This document shows, piece after piece, positions 44,979 to 55,384 of a DNA stretch of 64,000 nt. Below the pieces are notes generated by a model that saw nothing but the letters and a program-made list of their open reading frames with translations, was not told the DNA's origin and searched no databases. The DNA is taken from assembly GCA_964588555.1 (NCBI GenBank), contig CAZPPT010000004.1, positions 73,698 through 137,697 of the forward strand, read 5' to 3'. Source of the stretch: Candidatus Micrarchaeota archaeon. GTDB lineage: Archaea; Micrarchaeota; Micrarchaeia; Anstonellales; Bilamarchaeaceae. The first letter of the stretch is position 1, and every line of letters begins with the position of its first letter. Both the position numbers and the translations under genes were made by a program.

Positions 44979-47348
44979 CTACTCGTCAAATTCCTGCTCC
45001 CGTTCCTCCTTTTTCTGCAAGTTCTCAGTAAGCATTGCAAGCCGCTTGAGCATGATCCTTTTTTCAGCGCTGTTTACTATTTTGCGTGTCCGCTCAACCG
45101 CATCAGGGTTTACGGACATGCTTGTAATGCCATACTCAACAAGCTTTTCAGCAAATTCCTGATACACCGAAGGTGCTTGTCCGCACAACGAGGCAGTTAC
45201 GCCATACTCATTACAGGTTTTGATCACGTGCTTAAGTGACCGGACAACCGCATCGTTTCGTTCATCAAAACCTTTCGCAAGCGTCGCGTTGTCCCGGTCG
45301 ATCCCTAATGTAAGCTGGGTCAAATCGTTTGTCCCGATACTCACGCCGTCAATCCCCTCTTTACAAAATAGGTCAATGAGCATCACGGTGCTTGGCACCT
45401 CAACCATGATCCATAATTTGAAATCGCGCGTCCGGTAAATGCCGACATCCTGCATGATCTCCTTGATCGCGCGTAGTTCACCAATGCGCCGGACAAACGG
45501 AATCATGAGCCATAAATTACGTAATCCAAACTTCTCACGTACTTTCTTGAGCGCGTCAAGTTCCATTTTGAATAGTTCTGGTTCAGTAATATATCGAGCA
45601 GCACCTCGGTACCCCATCATTGGGTTTGCTTCCTGCGGCTCGTACTTCTCGCCGCCCTCAAGATTACGATACTCATTTGTCTTAAAATCAGTTGCACGGT
45701 ACACAACTGGCCGCGGGTAGAATGCGGCAGCAAACCTTCGCAATCCTTCTGCAAGCTTATCGACAAATTCTTCCCGCCGCCCATTCTCAAGCATCCAGCG
45801 CGGATGGTGGCCGATGTCAGCAACCATAAATTCTGCGCGTAACAACCCGACGCCATCAACAGGCAATTTTGCTACCTTTTCAGCGAGTTCGACTTCAGCA
45901 AGATTAACATAAATCTTTGTCCCGGTGATTGGCGCCGAATCAGAGGTAAATGCAGGCCGGTCATCTTTTTTCTCCTCATGATGCATCGCGACGATTCCCT
46001 CATAGATCACACCGTGCGTGCCGTCAACTGTTACATCAATTCCTTCCTTGAGTGCAGTAGTTGCATTCGTTGTCCCTACTACGCATGGTATACCTAACTC
46101 TCTCGATACAATCGATGCATGGCTCGTCATTCCGCCAGAATTTGTGACTATTGCAGCGGCCTTTTTCATTGCAGGCACAAAGTCAGGCGTCGTCATCTCA
46201 GTAACGAGCACGTCGCCCTTTTGCATGCTTTTGATCTCCTTTGCAGACATGAGTATACGTACCTTTCCTATACCGACACCGGGTGAGGCGCCTAAACCGC
46301 GCACTAATTCCTTTGCATTGCCTACTGTTGTTTTTTCCATAGCGTTTGGCACCTCCTTATTCTCCTTTTTGAATATGTCAAGCGTTGTGATCGGCCGCGA
46401 CTGGACGATATATATGTTGCCCTTTTCCATGGCAAATTCAATGTCCTGCGGGAAATTGTAGTGTTTCTCAATATTGTTTGCAATCTGTACAAGGTCTCGT
46501 ATCTCCTGCTCGCTTAGTTTTTGCCTTCCTTGCGCATCCTCCTTTATTTCAAGCTTTTGGTTTTTACCGTTCATATAGATAAGTGCAGACTTCTGCTTTC
46601 CAATGGTCTTGTCCACAACTGAAAGCATTTTTTTGTCTACACGGTACGTATCAGGCGTTATCTGGCCGCCAACAATGAGTTCCCCCAGCCCAAAACACGC
46701 CTCAATTGACATGAGGTTCGGGTCCTGGTACAATGGGTCCACCGTGAATATGATCCCTGACTTTTCGCTTTGCACCATCATCTGGACAACTGCTGCCAAG
46801 CCAACCTTCATATGCTCAAATTTGTTTTGCACCCGGTAATATATGGCGCGCGCCTCGAATAACGATGCCCAGCATTCCTTTACCGCGTGGAGCACTTCGA
46901 CTTCCCCCTTTATGTTGAGGTATGTGCTTTGCTGTCCGGCAAAGCTTGCTTCAGGCACGTCCTCAGCAGTTGCGCTTGACCTGACCGCAACAAACGCTTC
47001 GCGTCCTGCCCGTTCGCACACCTTTTTGTATGCAAGTATGACCTCTGCCCGTACGTCATCGGGCATTTCGCCTTTCATGATGAGCTCCTTTATTTTCACA
47101 CTTGTCTCATCAAGTTTCTCAGTGTTTTCTACGTCAAGGCCGCTTAGTGCATTTGCAATTGCCTCGCGAAGGTTGTTCTTGTCAAGATGCCGAAAATACG
47201 CATGAGTACTTACCACAAAACCTGGGGGCACCGGAAAGCCGGCCCTGCTCATTTCGCCCAGGTTGGCACCCTTACCGCCTGCCTGCGCAAGACTGTCCTT
47301 TCCGATCTCTTCAAACCACAAGATGTTCCTCACAGTAATCGCCCCCAA
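44979..47348 (-). CDS. ppsA: Phosphoenolpyruvate synthase (pyruvate, water dikinase)
   Basis: ATP-grasp N-terminus (GGKGANLGEM), phosphohistidine domain (GGMTSHASIVSRELGIPCVVG), and a C-terminal PEP-utilising domain. Confidence 0.85.
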   Translation of the reverse strand: MGAITVRNILWFEEIGKDSLAQAGGKGANLGEMSRAGFPVPPGFVVSTHAYFRHLDKNNLREAIANALSGLDVENTEKLDETSVKIKELIMKGEMPDDVRAEVILAYKKVCERAGREAFVAVRSSATAEDVPEASFAGQQSTYLNIKGEVEVLHAVKECWASLFEARAIYYRVQNKFEHMKVGLAAVVQMMVQSEKSGIIFTVDPLYQDPNLMSIEACFGLGELIVGGQITPDTYRVDKKMLSVVDKTIGKQKSALIYMNGKNQKLEIKEDAQGRQKLSEQEIRDLVQIANNIEKHYNFPQDIEFAMEKGNIYIVQSRPITTLDIFKKENKEVPNAMEKTTVGNAKELVRGLGASPGVGIGKVRILMSAKEIKSMQKGDVLVTEMTTPDFVPAMKKAAAIVTNSGGMTSHASIVSRELGIPCVVGTTNATTALKEGIDVTVDGTHGVIYEGIVAMHHEEKKDDRPAFTSDSAPITGTKIYVNLAEVELAEKVAKLPVDGVGLLRAEFMVADIGHHPRWMLENGRREEFVDKLAEGLRRFAAAFYPRPVVYRATDFKTNEYRNLEGGEKYEPQEANPMMGYRGAARYITEPELFKMELDALKKVREKFGLRNLWLMIPFVRRIGELRAIKEIMQDVGIYRTRDFKLWIMVEVPSTVMLIDLFCKEGIDGVSIGTNDLTQLTLGIDRDNATLAKGFDERNDAVVRSLKHVIKTCNEYGVTASLCGQAPSVYQEFAEKLVEYGITSMSVNPDAVERTRKIVNSAEKRIMLKRLAMLTENLQKKEEREQEFDE

Positions 47349-47415
47349 AGTAAAATATAGTTTGTTGCCTACCTTACACGCAGAAATTTTAAAAAGAGGT
47401 CGGTGAATCTCTTGC

Positions 47416-48534
47416 TTATTTAATCGTACGCGTCGTGATATCTATTCCCATGCCCTGGATATCTGCAAATAACCTTTTCGTGTCCACGGCGTGCCCCATG
47501 AAATGGAAGCCAGGTTTGATCGTGCCATCAAGATACTGCATGATACATGCGGCAACCGGCGCAGCGGTAAAGAAGAACCCGTTTTTGTGTTCTGCCCGTA
47601 TCCGTATTGCATGCGTTTTACCGTTCTTTTCACCTCGTGCGTCTATAAGAAAGACGACGCGCAGGTCAGCTGGCGAAAAAAGGCGTATTCCATGGTATAA
47701 CAGAAATGAAAAAATGCCGGTCCCTGTATTTTTTCGTATCCTATGCGCCACATAAATAAGCGGAAAGAGGATATTGTCAACAAGCCAGTTAAACCCTGTT
47801 ACATACGTCCCGCATTTACGGATGCCGTATTTTTCAGGGACGCCCCTAAGCTCTTCCATATGAAGGGGAAAACATGTCCTCGTGCCAAAGGGGGGCCCAA
47901 AATCAACCCGCACCATGTCGGCATACGTCGCCTGTCGCCATGCACCGTTTCTATATATGTCAAACGCGTTTTCACGCGCGGCATTTACGATGTCAATTGT
48001 CGATTGGGGGCTTTCAAACCGTGCATTCATCGCCATTGCGACGGTTGCTGTTTCGTACCGGTCAAGGTACTGTGCCGCATGTCTTACAAATACCGCTGGC
48101 AGGCCAGGATGGAAACCGGCCTGCGTTATGAATGTGCGTTTTTTCCTTACAATTTCTTTGGCAAGTGGTTTGAGCCGTTTTGGCGTATCCGGGTCAAACA
48201 TGATATCTATATAATCGACATTTTTGGCAAGCGCAGCCCGCGCAATTGCTTGTATGTGCTCCGGCGTTGTTGTCGCTACTACGACAAGGTCCATCCCCTC
48301 CAGCGCCGACCCAAGTGACATGGCATTTTTCACGTCCGTCTCTTGTGCGCGTATGTCCCTTTTTGGAAACGTATTCTTAAGTTGCCGTACAAGCGCCTCT
48401 GCCGGTTCGTATCTTCTTCCTGCTACTGTTATGTGCGCATTTGTGTTTTCCAACAAGAGGCGCGCAATCTCCCTGCCGACGCCGCCGTAGCCGCCAAGTA
48501 TGAGGATTTTTTTTGGTTTCATCACATTATTCAT
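47416..48534 (-). CDS. Saccharopine dehydrogenase-like NAD(P)-binding oxidoreductase
   Basis: KILILGGYGGVGREIARLL Rossmann motif. Sacchrp_dh_NADB-like. Confidence 0.6.
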   Translation of the reverse strand: MNNVMKPKKILILGGYGGVGREIARLLLENTNAHITVAGRRYEPAEALVRQLKNTFPKRDIRAQETDVKNAMSLGSALEGMDLVVVATTTPEHIQAIARAALAKNVDYIDIMFDPDTPKRLKPLAKEIVRKKRTFITQAGFHPGLPAVFVRHAAQYLDRYETATVAMAMNARFESPQSTIDIVNAARENAFDIYRNGAWRQATYADMVRVDFGPPFGTRTCFPLHMEELRGVPEKYGIRKCGTYVTGFNWLVDNILFPLIYVAHRIRKNTGTGIFSFLLYHGIRLFSPADLRVVFLIDARGEKNGKTHAIRIRAEHKNGFFFTAAPVAACIMQYLDGTIKPGFHFMGHAVDTKRLFADIQGMGIDITTRTIK

Positions 48535-48569
48535 CCATTATATGTTTATAAATTTGGTTTTCTTCAGAT

Positions 48570-49535
48570 TTACAGGGGAAAATAATTCATCCTAAATTCC
48601 CGATGCGTATGAAGTATTTCATAATCCTTTACAATATCCTTAAACGTATTTCTGAATCGTACCATGAGTTCGCGCAGTTCATCTTCGTCTTCAGTCTCAG
48701 CTTCTATTTCAATATCCCAGTTGCCGGTGCACTCGACAAGATACGCAACTGCCGGTTCTTGAGTACAAAACGAGAGGAGTTTCTTTTCTATTGTTTCATT
48801 AAATTCTGAAAGCGAAATAAGTGCCTTGTAGTGCTGTCTGTTTAGTTTATGGATATCAAGGAGCGTTCGGTATGCCTGTATTATTTTGCGCTTTTCGAGT
48901 TGTTTGATGCGTTTTTTAACTCCGTTATACGTTAATCCGACTGCGTTTCCAATTTCCATATACGTGGCATTTCCATTTGCGGAAAGAACTTTTATAATTT
49001 TCCAATCCGTTTCATCGATTTTTTCAAGCGGCGGCTCAAAGCCATAATGGGGGATAATCTTTTCCTGCCCACTATCTTCCACCAGGTATCTTCGTTTAAA
49101 ATGGTAGTTGACTACTGAGAATGAGACCTCATAGTCTTTAATGAATTCTCCTATTTCCTTTTTGAGTTCAAGCAAGAGCGCGCTAAAATGGATGTTGTTT
49201 CGCGCTGCAAGGACGATTTCTACGTCCCATCTTCCCGTTGTGGTAATCATCCAGATTAAATTTTTCCAGTTTGCAAGCGTTTCAAGGAGCTCCGTTTCGT
49301 TCTTCGGCGTGACATTCTGAAATCGCATATAAATTCGGTACGCAAAATAGCCAACGCGATGGAGATCAATAACCGCAAGAAATTTCCTGATGACCCCTGT
49401 TTCAATAAGTTTCTTTACCCGGTAGCTTACCACCTGCTTTGGTAGGCCAACTTTATTCCCAATTTCGGCGAGGGGTTTTCGTGCATTGTATTCCAGCTCA
49501 TAGAGAATTTTTTTGTCCTTAGCGTCAATCTTCAT
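48570..49535 (-). CDS. Tandem (double-domain) Lrp/AsnC family transcriptional regulator
   Basis: Two HTH_AsnC-type N-terminal segments: MKIDAKDKKILYELEYNARKPLAEIGNKVGL... and DETDWKIIKVLSANGNATYMEIGNAVGL... Confidence 0.65.
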   Translation of the reverse strand: MKIDAKDKKILYELEYNARKPLAEIGNKVGLPKQVVSYRVKKLIETGVIRKFLAVIDLHRVGYFAYRIYMRFQNVTPKNETELLETLANWKNLIWMITTTGRWDVEIVLAARNNIHFSALLLELKKEIGEFIKDYEVSFSVVNYHFKRRYLVEDSGQEKIIPHYGFEPPLEKIDETDWKIIKVLSANGNATYMEIGNAVGLTYNGVKKRIKQLEKRKIIQAYRTLLDIHKLNRQHYKALISLSEFNETIEKKLLSFCTQEPAVAYLVECTGNWDIEIEAETEDEDELRELMVRFRNTFKDIVKDYEILHTHREFRMNYFPL

Positions 49536-49641
49536 AATTGTATTAATTGAACTAATAATTTAAAAAAGTTCTTTTTGTCGCAAATTTTAGTAAGAAATCT
49601 TATATTAATATTTTGTTATAGAAATTGATAGAAAAAGAAAA

Positions 49642-51228
49642 ATGATTCCTATGGCTAAATATTTAGTTACGCTTGTAGAGCCGCACGGCGTTATCACGCG
49701 CGATGATCGAGGTCGTATTTTAGGTAGCCTACGAAGACGTGCTCCACTCCATAGCCAGCAGATTATTGGAGCTACATTAAGAGAAGGGCTTGGTGATAAT
49801 TTTGATGTTCGCATCTACAATCCTAAACTCGCTGATCCAAATCATGAGGAGCACTATCATTCTACTTCCTACGGTCCTTATCGCCTTACTCACTATCGAG
49901 TTGGCGAATCATTTAATAGTAGCTCATTTAGAGCGCGAATGAAGGAGACCGATATTCTTGGGATAACGGTAAATTTTACCCAAGTTTCAACAAATGCAAT
50001 TTCACTGGCGAGAGCCGCACGAGCTATTAACCCCAAAATTAAAATTATTTACGGAGGTTCTGATGCTTCAGCAACTGTCAATCAAAGAGAGTTTTATCTA
50101 AAAATTGGGGGAGGCCATGTAATCGTACCAAAGGATGCTGAAGATATTTCTGCAGCAGTTGTACGGGCACTTGTTGGTGATGGTAGTCTTGGTAGGATTG
50201 CTGGTATTAGCCATAACCTTCATAGAATGAGCCCGCAGCATAATCTTCCCGTACCAACTCCTTCAAAAGAACGAATGAAAAAAGTTCCACTTCCTGCACT
50301 TGATCTAGTTGAGGATCAGATCCCTCGCTGGACTGAAGATCATGAAGGACCACTACCAAAGAGGGTAGAGACACCCATTGCATATGTTGAATTTGCGCGC
50401 GGTTGCCATGAACGGTGCGATTTTTGTACTATTGCAGGTGTTCCTTATAGTGCTATGGATACTGAACAGGCCGAGGCTTTTCTTAAGCACTTTAGGAAGT
50501 ATGGGATCAAAAGTCTCATGATCATTACAGATAATGAATTAACTCTTTCACTTACTGAAAATGGAAGATCGACATTACTTGAGCGGTATCGTTTACTCAA
50601 ACATTATGATTTTCGCTGGAACTTTGGAAACGGGCTTCAATACTCGCTTTTCAGACGAAAAGATGGTTCTTTAGATAGTGAACTTATGGATGCAATGTTT
50701 AGTGGCGCCTATTGTATGTATACTCCGCTTGAGGACCCACTCACCATGGAATATGAGAAACTACTTGGTCATCCCCGTTTAAGAATTCATGATCACACTG
50801 ATGCAGCTACTGCATTCGAACGTTCGATTGAGATTCTCGAATATATTGCCGCAACTGGTATTCCAAAAATGACTTTTGGTTTTTTGATGGGGGGTCCAGC
50901 TGATACCGTGGATCGAGTGCGCGCCCACGAAAAACCGCTCCGCATGCTCAAAGAACGACTTGCAAGAGTAAATCCTCATATGGAGATGCTATTTACTCCA
51001 TTTATTGAAATGCCCTTGCCAGGTACTGCAAATTACGAACTCTACCATCGATCAAAATTAATCAAAGCAGATATAGACACGGATCCTGAACTGTGGCAGT
51101 TTGCTCTTACCACCTTTGGAAATTATGAGATGGTTGAAGAACGGCTGCGCCTTATTGCATTATTAAATGGCCAAGATGCACTTGACACATGGACTTCAAC
51201 AGGCTTGTATCCAAAAAATAAGACTTAA
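49642..51228 (+). CDS. Radical SAM protein with an N-terminal B12-binding-like domain (class B radical SAM)
   Basis: CxxxCxxC cluster (ARGCHERCDFC). The N-terminal roughly 200 aa is Rossmann-like (ILGITVNF...IIYGGSDA). Confidence 0.6.
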   Translation: MIPMAKYLVTLVEPHGVITRDDRGRILGSLRRRAPLHSQQIIGATLREGLGDNFDVRIYNPKLADPNHEEHYHSTSYGPYRLTHYRVGESFNSSSFRARMKETDILGITVNFTQVSTNAISLARAARAINPKIKIIYGGSDASATVNQREFYLKIGGGHVIVPKDAEDISAAVVRALVGDGSLGRIAGISHNLHRMSPQHNLPVPTPSKERMKKVPLPALDLVEDQIPRWTEDHEGPLPKRVETPIAYVEFARGCHERCDFCTIAGVPYSAMDTEQAEAFLKHFRKYGIKSLMIITDNELTLSLTENGRSTLLERYRLLKHYDFRWNFGNGLQYSLFRRKDGSLDSELMDAMFSGAYCMYTPLEDPLTMEYEKLLGHPRLRIHDHTDAATAFERSIEILEYIAATGIPKMTFGFLMGGPADTVDRVRAHEKPLRMLKERLARVNPHMEMLFTPFIEMPLPGTANYELYHRSKLIKADIDTDPELWQFALTTFGNYEMVEERLRLIALLNGQDALDTWTSTGLYPKNKT

Positions 51229-51325
51229 CGTAATATTTTACTATATTTTGTTCAATTTGTCCGAAATTTTATTCAAAAATTATAAAATATACATAGGTGG
51301 TAAAAAACTTGTAAAAGGTGATCAA

Positions 51326-52087
51326 ATGGCAATTACAATAAAACAGTTAAACAAAAATCAAATCGAACAGCTTGCTTGTACTGCCCCATCAAATACGCGG
51401 CAGTTTCTATCATCAATGCTTGCACTTGAAGACCCGTTTCGAGGAATCCAAGTAAATATTGGAAAGCGACGTTTTGGTGTTCATAAAGAAACCGGACGTG
51501 TGGTACGCCCTGATTTTGTTCCAATTGATGAAGCACGTGCAATTTTAAAAGGAGAAAAAGAGCACGTTGTTGCACTTGGTAATGGCGGACATTCACCGAT
51601 TCACGAACCAGATGAGTGGTTTGCAGGAAGCGTATTTGGGATGGTGAATGGTTCGATACCATTTACATTTAGCGAGCGAGGAAAAGAGCCGCTTATTTAT
51701 TCTGCACCGACACTTGTGCTTGGTAGAGGGACTGGTCGGCTTGAGGTTGTAGAAGTACGCGTAGATGGGCCGGTAAAACTTGGGGATGTAACAAAAGTCT
51801 TGCGAGATAGTACAAACACCAAGCAATATGGCATTCTTGAAATTGGAAGTGCAGAGGCAAAAACAAGTGCACAATACGCAGCTGTGTATACTTATGCATA
51901 CACCTACACGTATGGTACAGAAGAACATTCAGTTACTAAACAAAGTAACGAACCAGTAACGCTTCTGTTAAGTGCAAACTCACGTGATACTCATGCAATT
52001 AGAGAAAGTGGGGAAAATGTTCATATCAACGGACTCGAATTACCAGAAAGCGCGCACGCTCGGGGCATCCTCTTTAAGCTCTCATGA
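51326..52087 (+). CDS. Hypothetical protein (253 aa) containing a YTYAYTYTYG motif
   Basis: ATG at 51326 preceded by GGTGATCA, downstream of an AT-rich promoter-like spacer. Confidence 0.45.
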   Translation: MAITIKQLNKNQIEQLACTAPSNTRQFLSSMLALEDPFRGIQVNIGKRRFGVHKETGRVVRPDFVPIDEARAILKGEKEHVVALGNGGHSPIHEPDEWFAGSVFGMVNGSIPFTFSERGKEPLIYSAPTLVLGRGTGRLEVVEVRVDGPVKLGDVTKVLRDSTNTKQYGILEIGSAEAKTSAQYAAVYTYAYTYTYGTEEHSVTKQSNEPVTLLLSANSRDTHAIRESGENVHINGLELPESAHARGILFKLS

Positions 52088-52799
52088 TTCTCCTAAGAGA
52101 AGTGATATTATTACAATTGGCATCATCGGATATGGGCACCTTGGCAAAATGTTCCATGCCCGCCTTTCCCGGGATCCGCGGTTTTCTTTTCTTATTGGAA
52201 GCAAGGAGCCGGGAAGAAATATCGATGTAGCGAAACGAAGTGACGTGCTGTTTATCTGCTTACGCCACGAAGATGTTGCGGGAGTTATTAAAGAGGTACG
52301 CGTCATACCGAAACCCCCTCCTTTATTTACTACGGCATCAAGACCATGGCCATTGGAAATTGCGGCTGAACAGTACCTCTTTTGGCCGATTGTATACGGG
52401 CTTATCGGAAAGGGAACGCATGTTCTTTTGGATACGCGCGGTACACAATCCCCTTCCGTACAGGCGGTTATTGAATCGCTTCATCAATGCGTAGGAAACG
52501 TTGAAACGTTTTCCGATCTTGGTCTGTTTATTAAGCGGGGGATTGAGGCAGGCATCGTACCAGCGCTCATTGCATCCGAAGCGCTTCGCATGAAAACTCA
52601 CTGTGAGTTTTTGGATACGGCTGCATTTAACCGAATCAGTGCAGTTTCCGAAGTCCCAGTTGAACGGATACGTACGCATATGCCGCTCATGCACGAACTT
52701 GTTACTTATTTCAATGGGGATTTACAAAAAATCATAGATTTTGTCGCAACCAAAGGCGGCATGACAGAAAAGATGATTAAGGAGCTTTCTACGTTGTGA
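52017..52799 (+). CDS. NAD(P)-binding oxidoreductase, pyrroline-5-carboxylate reductase-like / F420-dependent NADP oxidoreductase-like. The start is uncertain.
   Basis: IGIIGYGHLGKMF Rossmann motif. The ORF overlaps the upstream gene, so the exact start (52017 or later) is unresolved. Confidence 0.5.
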   Translation: MFISTDSNYQKARTLGASSLSSHDSPKRSDIITIGIIGYGHLGKMFHARLSRDPRFSFLIGSKEPGRNIDVAKRSDVLFICLRHEDVAGVIKEVRVIPKPPPLFTTASRPWPLEIAAEQYLFWPIVYGLIGKGTHVLLDTRGTQSPSVQAVIESLHQCVGNVETFSDLGLFIKRGIEAGIVPALIASEALRMKTHCEFLDTAAFNRISAVSEVPVERIRTHMPLMHELVTYFNGDLQKIIDFVATKGGMTEKMIKELSTL

Positions 52800-52807
52800 C
52801 TTTTCCT

Positions 52808-53170
52808 TTATTTTTTCTTTTTCCACGCCTCTTTTAGTGACCCATCACTTGTTAATAGTTCAAGATTGTATTTGTGGGCATAATGAAAATATGCTGCGTC
52901 GTATAAGGTTAAATTATGCTCTGCAGCCTGTAGCCCTATTTCGGTAATTTCGTTTGGCTCTATTCTGATTAGTTTAAATGGCAATTCCCCCATCCGTTTT
53001 ATGAGCACTTCATACTCATTTTTTGATATCTTTTTTAGTTTCGCGTATTGTTTCCATGCCACATTTCCTAGCTCATACAGTGTTAGGTCAAGAACAAACG
53101 AATTAGTAAGCAACTCAACGTTTTCTTCAACAATTAAATCGTAAAGCACACTCGTATCAATGAGATTCAC
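52808..53170 (-). CDS. vapC: PIN-domain ribonuclease toxin (VapC)
   Basis: MNLIDTSVLYDLI... with the conserved acidic residues of PIN domains. 14 nt overlap with the upstream antitoxin gene. Confidence 0.7.
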   Translation of the reverse strand: MNLIDTSVLYDLIVEENVELLTNSFVLDLTLYELGNVAWKQYAKLKKISKNEYEVLIKRMGELPFKLIRIEPNEITEIGLQAAEHNLTLYDAAYFHYAHKYNLELLTSDGSLKEAWKKKK

Positions 53171-53381
53171 GGTCTTCCCTCACTGTGGCGATAAAGTCCT
53201 TTTTACTAATTTTTTTGATGATGGGTGCCATCTGAGCAAGTGCCTTTTTGGTTTCGTTTAATCGTTCCTGCTGCGCGGCCTCAATGATACTTGTTCGCAC
53301 TATTTCACTTACGTTTATTTTGTGTTTTTTAAGTAGTTCCAATTCTTCTTCAGGTACTCGAGCAGATATTACAATATCCAT
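53157..53381 (-). CDS. vapB: VapB-type antitoxin (74 aa)
   Basis: Small protein overlapping the vapC start, as is typical of archaeal VapBC pairs. Confidence 0.55.
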   Translation of the reverse strand: MDIVISARVPEEELELLKKHKINVSEIVRTSIIEAAQQERLNETKKALAQMAPIIKKISKKDFIATVREDRESH

Positions 53382-53404
53382 ATTACATTTTTAGTAATAC
53401 AAAT

Positions 53405-54019
53405 TTATAAAACTTTCCTTTCATGCTGCCCCCACGTCACAATAAGCGCGTGATATTCTTGGTAAAATTTTACATCTTTTGGAAGATGCGTTTCAAATAA
53501 TAAGCGATATTCGTCATATCCCCTATATTCAATATCAAAATGCGCCTTACAAAATCTTCGCGTATATGCGTCAATCATAAAAATGGGGCGATTAAGTGCG
53601 TATAACAGTATGCTATCGGCCGTTTCCTTGCCAATTCCGTTTACCTCTAGTAATTGCGAGCGTACTTCTTCAATTGGTAATTCATGCGCACTTCCATTTG
53701 TAGTTAACTCGACCCATTTTTCCGTCACCCGCTTTAACCTTTTTGCCTTTTGTTTATAATATCCGCTCGAGCGGATAAGCGTTTCCAGTTCTTCACTTTT
53801 CATTTCAAGGATCGAGCGCTCGTTTAATTTCTTCTCTTTTTTCAAGTTCGCAATCGCTTTTTTAACATTATTCCAGTTCGTATTTTGAACTAGTACTGCC
53901 CCAACCATTACTTCATATGAACTTTCCTGAGGCCACCAGTTTTCTTGAGAGCTAAATTGTTTGAGAAGCTTTCTATACACTCGCAGTAAGCGCGTTTTCA
54001 TATAAAAATGAGCGAGCAT
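53405..54019 (-). CDS. HhH-GPD superfamily protein (endonuclease III-related, COG2231-like)
   Basis: Helix-hairpin-helix signature LLEVNGIGKETADSILLYAL. Confidence 0.6.
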   Translation of the reverse strand: MLAHFYMKTRLLRVYRKLLKQFSSQENWWPQESSYEVMVGAVLVQNTNWNNVKKAIANLKKEKKLNERSILEMKSEELETLIRSSGYYKQKAKRLKRVTEKWVELTTNGSAHELPIEEVRSQLLEVNGIGKETADSILLYALNRPIFMIDAYTRRFCKAHFDIEYRGYDEYRLLFETHLPKDVKFYQEYHALIVTWGQHERKVL

Positions 54020-54038
54020 TTTGTTTAAATGCGTATTT

Positions 54039-54611
54039 CTAAGTCTTTTTTTGCGTAGATTTCTTTCTTAGTTTCTTTACGGGTGTGGCCGTTGGCTTTT
54101 CTGCAACTGTAATTGTTGACGGTGCCTTTACTACTGTTTGTTTTATTGGAACGCTTGCTACCTGCTGCGCAATAAGTGAATCCTTATGCACAACATATGT
54201 ATCAGCAACCTTGTCATGGAGTGCCTGCTTTTTGGAGTCAAAGATAATAATGAGGTTGCCAAGATTAAGTGTTAGCCCGTCTATGAGTAATCTTCCAAGC
54301 ATCTCCCGAACTAATGCCTTACTAAGTTTTAGCGGATATTTGTTATATTTATCGACAACGACAAGTCCGAGTACTTCTTTCCCCGGTGTTGCCCCCCGCG
54401 TTGAGAGGAAGTAAACACCATACCCAAGGGCTATAACAAGAACAAGTACGATAAGAAATACGCCCAGCAATGTCTGTACGACTCCTCCAACTGCGGAGCT
54501 AATCGCACTAATAACAAGAATCGTGAGCATGATGATAAGCCACAGGATGACTTTATCAATAAGCCATGCACCTAATCGTCTCCAAAACCCGCCATATCTT
54601 AGTTCTGCCAT
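54039..54611 (-). CDS. RDD family membrane protein
   Basis: RRLGAWLIDKVILWLII... with two TM helices and an R..D..D pattern. Confidence 0.55.
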   Translation of the reverse strand: MAELRYGGFWRRLGAWLIDKVILWLIIMLTILVISAISSAVGGVVQTLLGVFLIVLVLVIALGYGVYFLSTRGATPGKEVLGLVVVDKYNKYPLKLSKALVREMLGRLLIDGLTLNLGNLIIIFDSKKQALHDKVADTYVVHKDSLIAQQVASVPIKQTVVKAPSTITVAEKPTATPVKKLRKKSTQKKT

Positions 54612-54661
54612 ACATAACTAAAACAAGTCCTCTATTTAAACCGTCAGCATGTATTTTAATT

Positions 54662-55057
54662 ATGGAAAATCTCGATACCATCTTTGAAACGCTCAAATCG
54701 CTTCTTATAAAATATAGCCGCGAATTCGACGTGAAGCGCGAGATTTTGGATTCAAAGGCAAAAGTAAAAAAAGAACAAGTGCACCTCTATGGAAAGAAAA
54801 TCGTTTCAATTATTCCATCGAGAAAGCCGCAAGCAACGTATGTTTCAGGGATTATTAAACAGAAGGATTTCGTCGGATTTTACTCAATGCCGATCTATTC
54901 GCATCCAAACTCATTTGTGTTAAGCCCGGAATTAAAAAAAGCACTCAAGGGTAAGTCATGTTTTCATGTTAAGAAGTTAAATCCAGAATTACTTTCTGAG
55001 CTTGAAACAGTCCTAAAGAACGGTATCGAGCTTTATAGAAAGGAAGGGTGGATATAA
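54662..55057 (+). CDS. Hypothetical protein (131 aa)
   Basis: ORF from the ATG at 54662. The longer version starting at 54566 overlaps the RDD gene on the opposite strand. Confidence 0.35.
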   Translation: MENLDTIFETLKSLLIKYSREFDVKREILDSKAKVKKEQVHLYGKKIVSIIPSRKPQATYVSGIIKQKDFVGFYSMPIYSHPNSFVLSPELKKALKGKSCFHVKKLNPELLSELETVLKNGIELYRKEGWI

Positions 55058-55143
55058 TTTTGCATTATATGGAATACATTTTCATATTTTTGTTTTTTGT
55101 TGTAAGGGGTAACTAACTACATTGCCGTCGAAAGATAGTAACC

Positions 55144-55153
55144 TTTATAAATA
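55144..55153 (+). promoter_or_regulatory. Candidate archaeal TATA box (TTTATAAATA) upstream of the 23S rRNA
   Basis: AT-rich box about 240 bp upstream of the mature 23S 5' end. Its position relative to the transcription start is not determined. Confidence 0.3.
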
Positions 55154-55384
55154 GGTATAGTCATATATAATTTCCTTCGATTTTTACTACAGTAGCGTGC
55201 GAGCCCTCTCGGGGGCGCGTTGTAGTGCGCAAATTTATACTGTCAGTAGAATCGTTGTCTCTCCAATGCTTTGGAGAATTTATGCGTGTGAAGCGGTGAC
55301 AAGAAATTGTACATACTCTGAGGAATTAGTCCTCGGTATAAAAGAAGTGAGAATCCTAATATTATTAGGGATATGTAATGCTAT

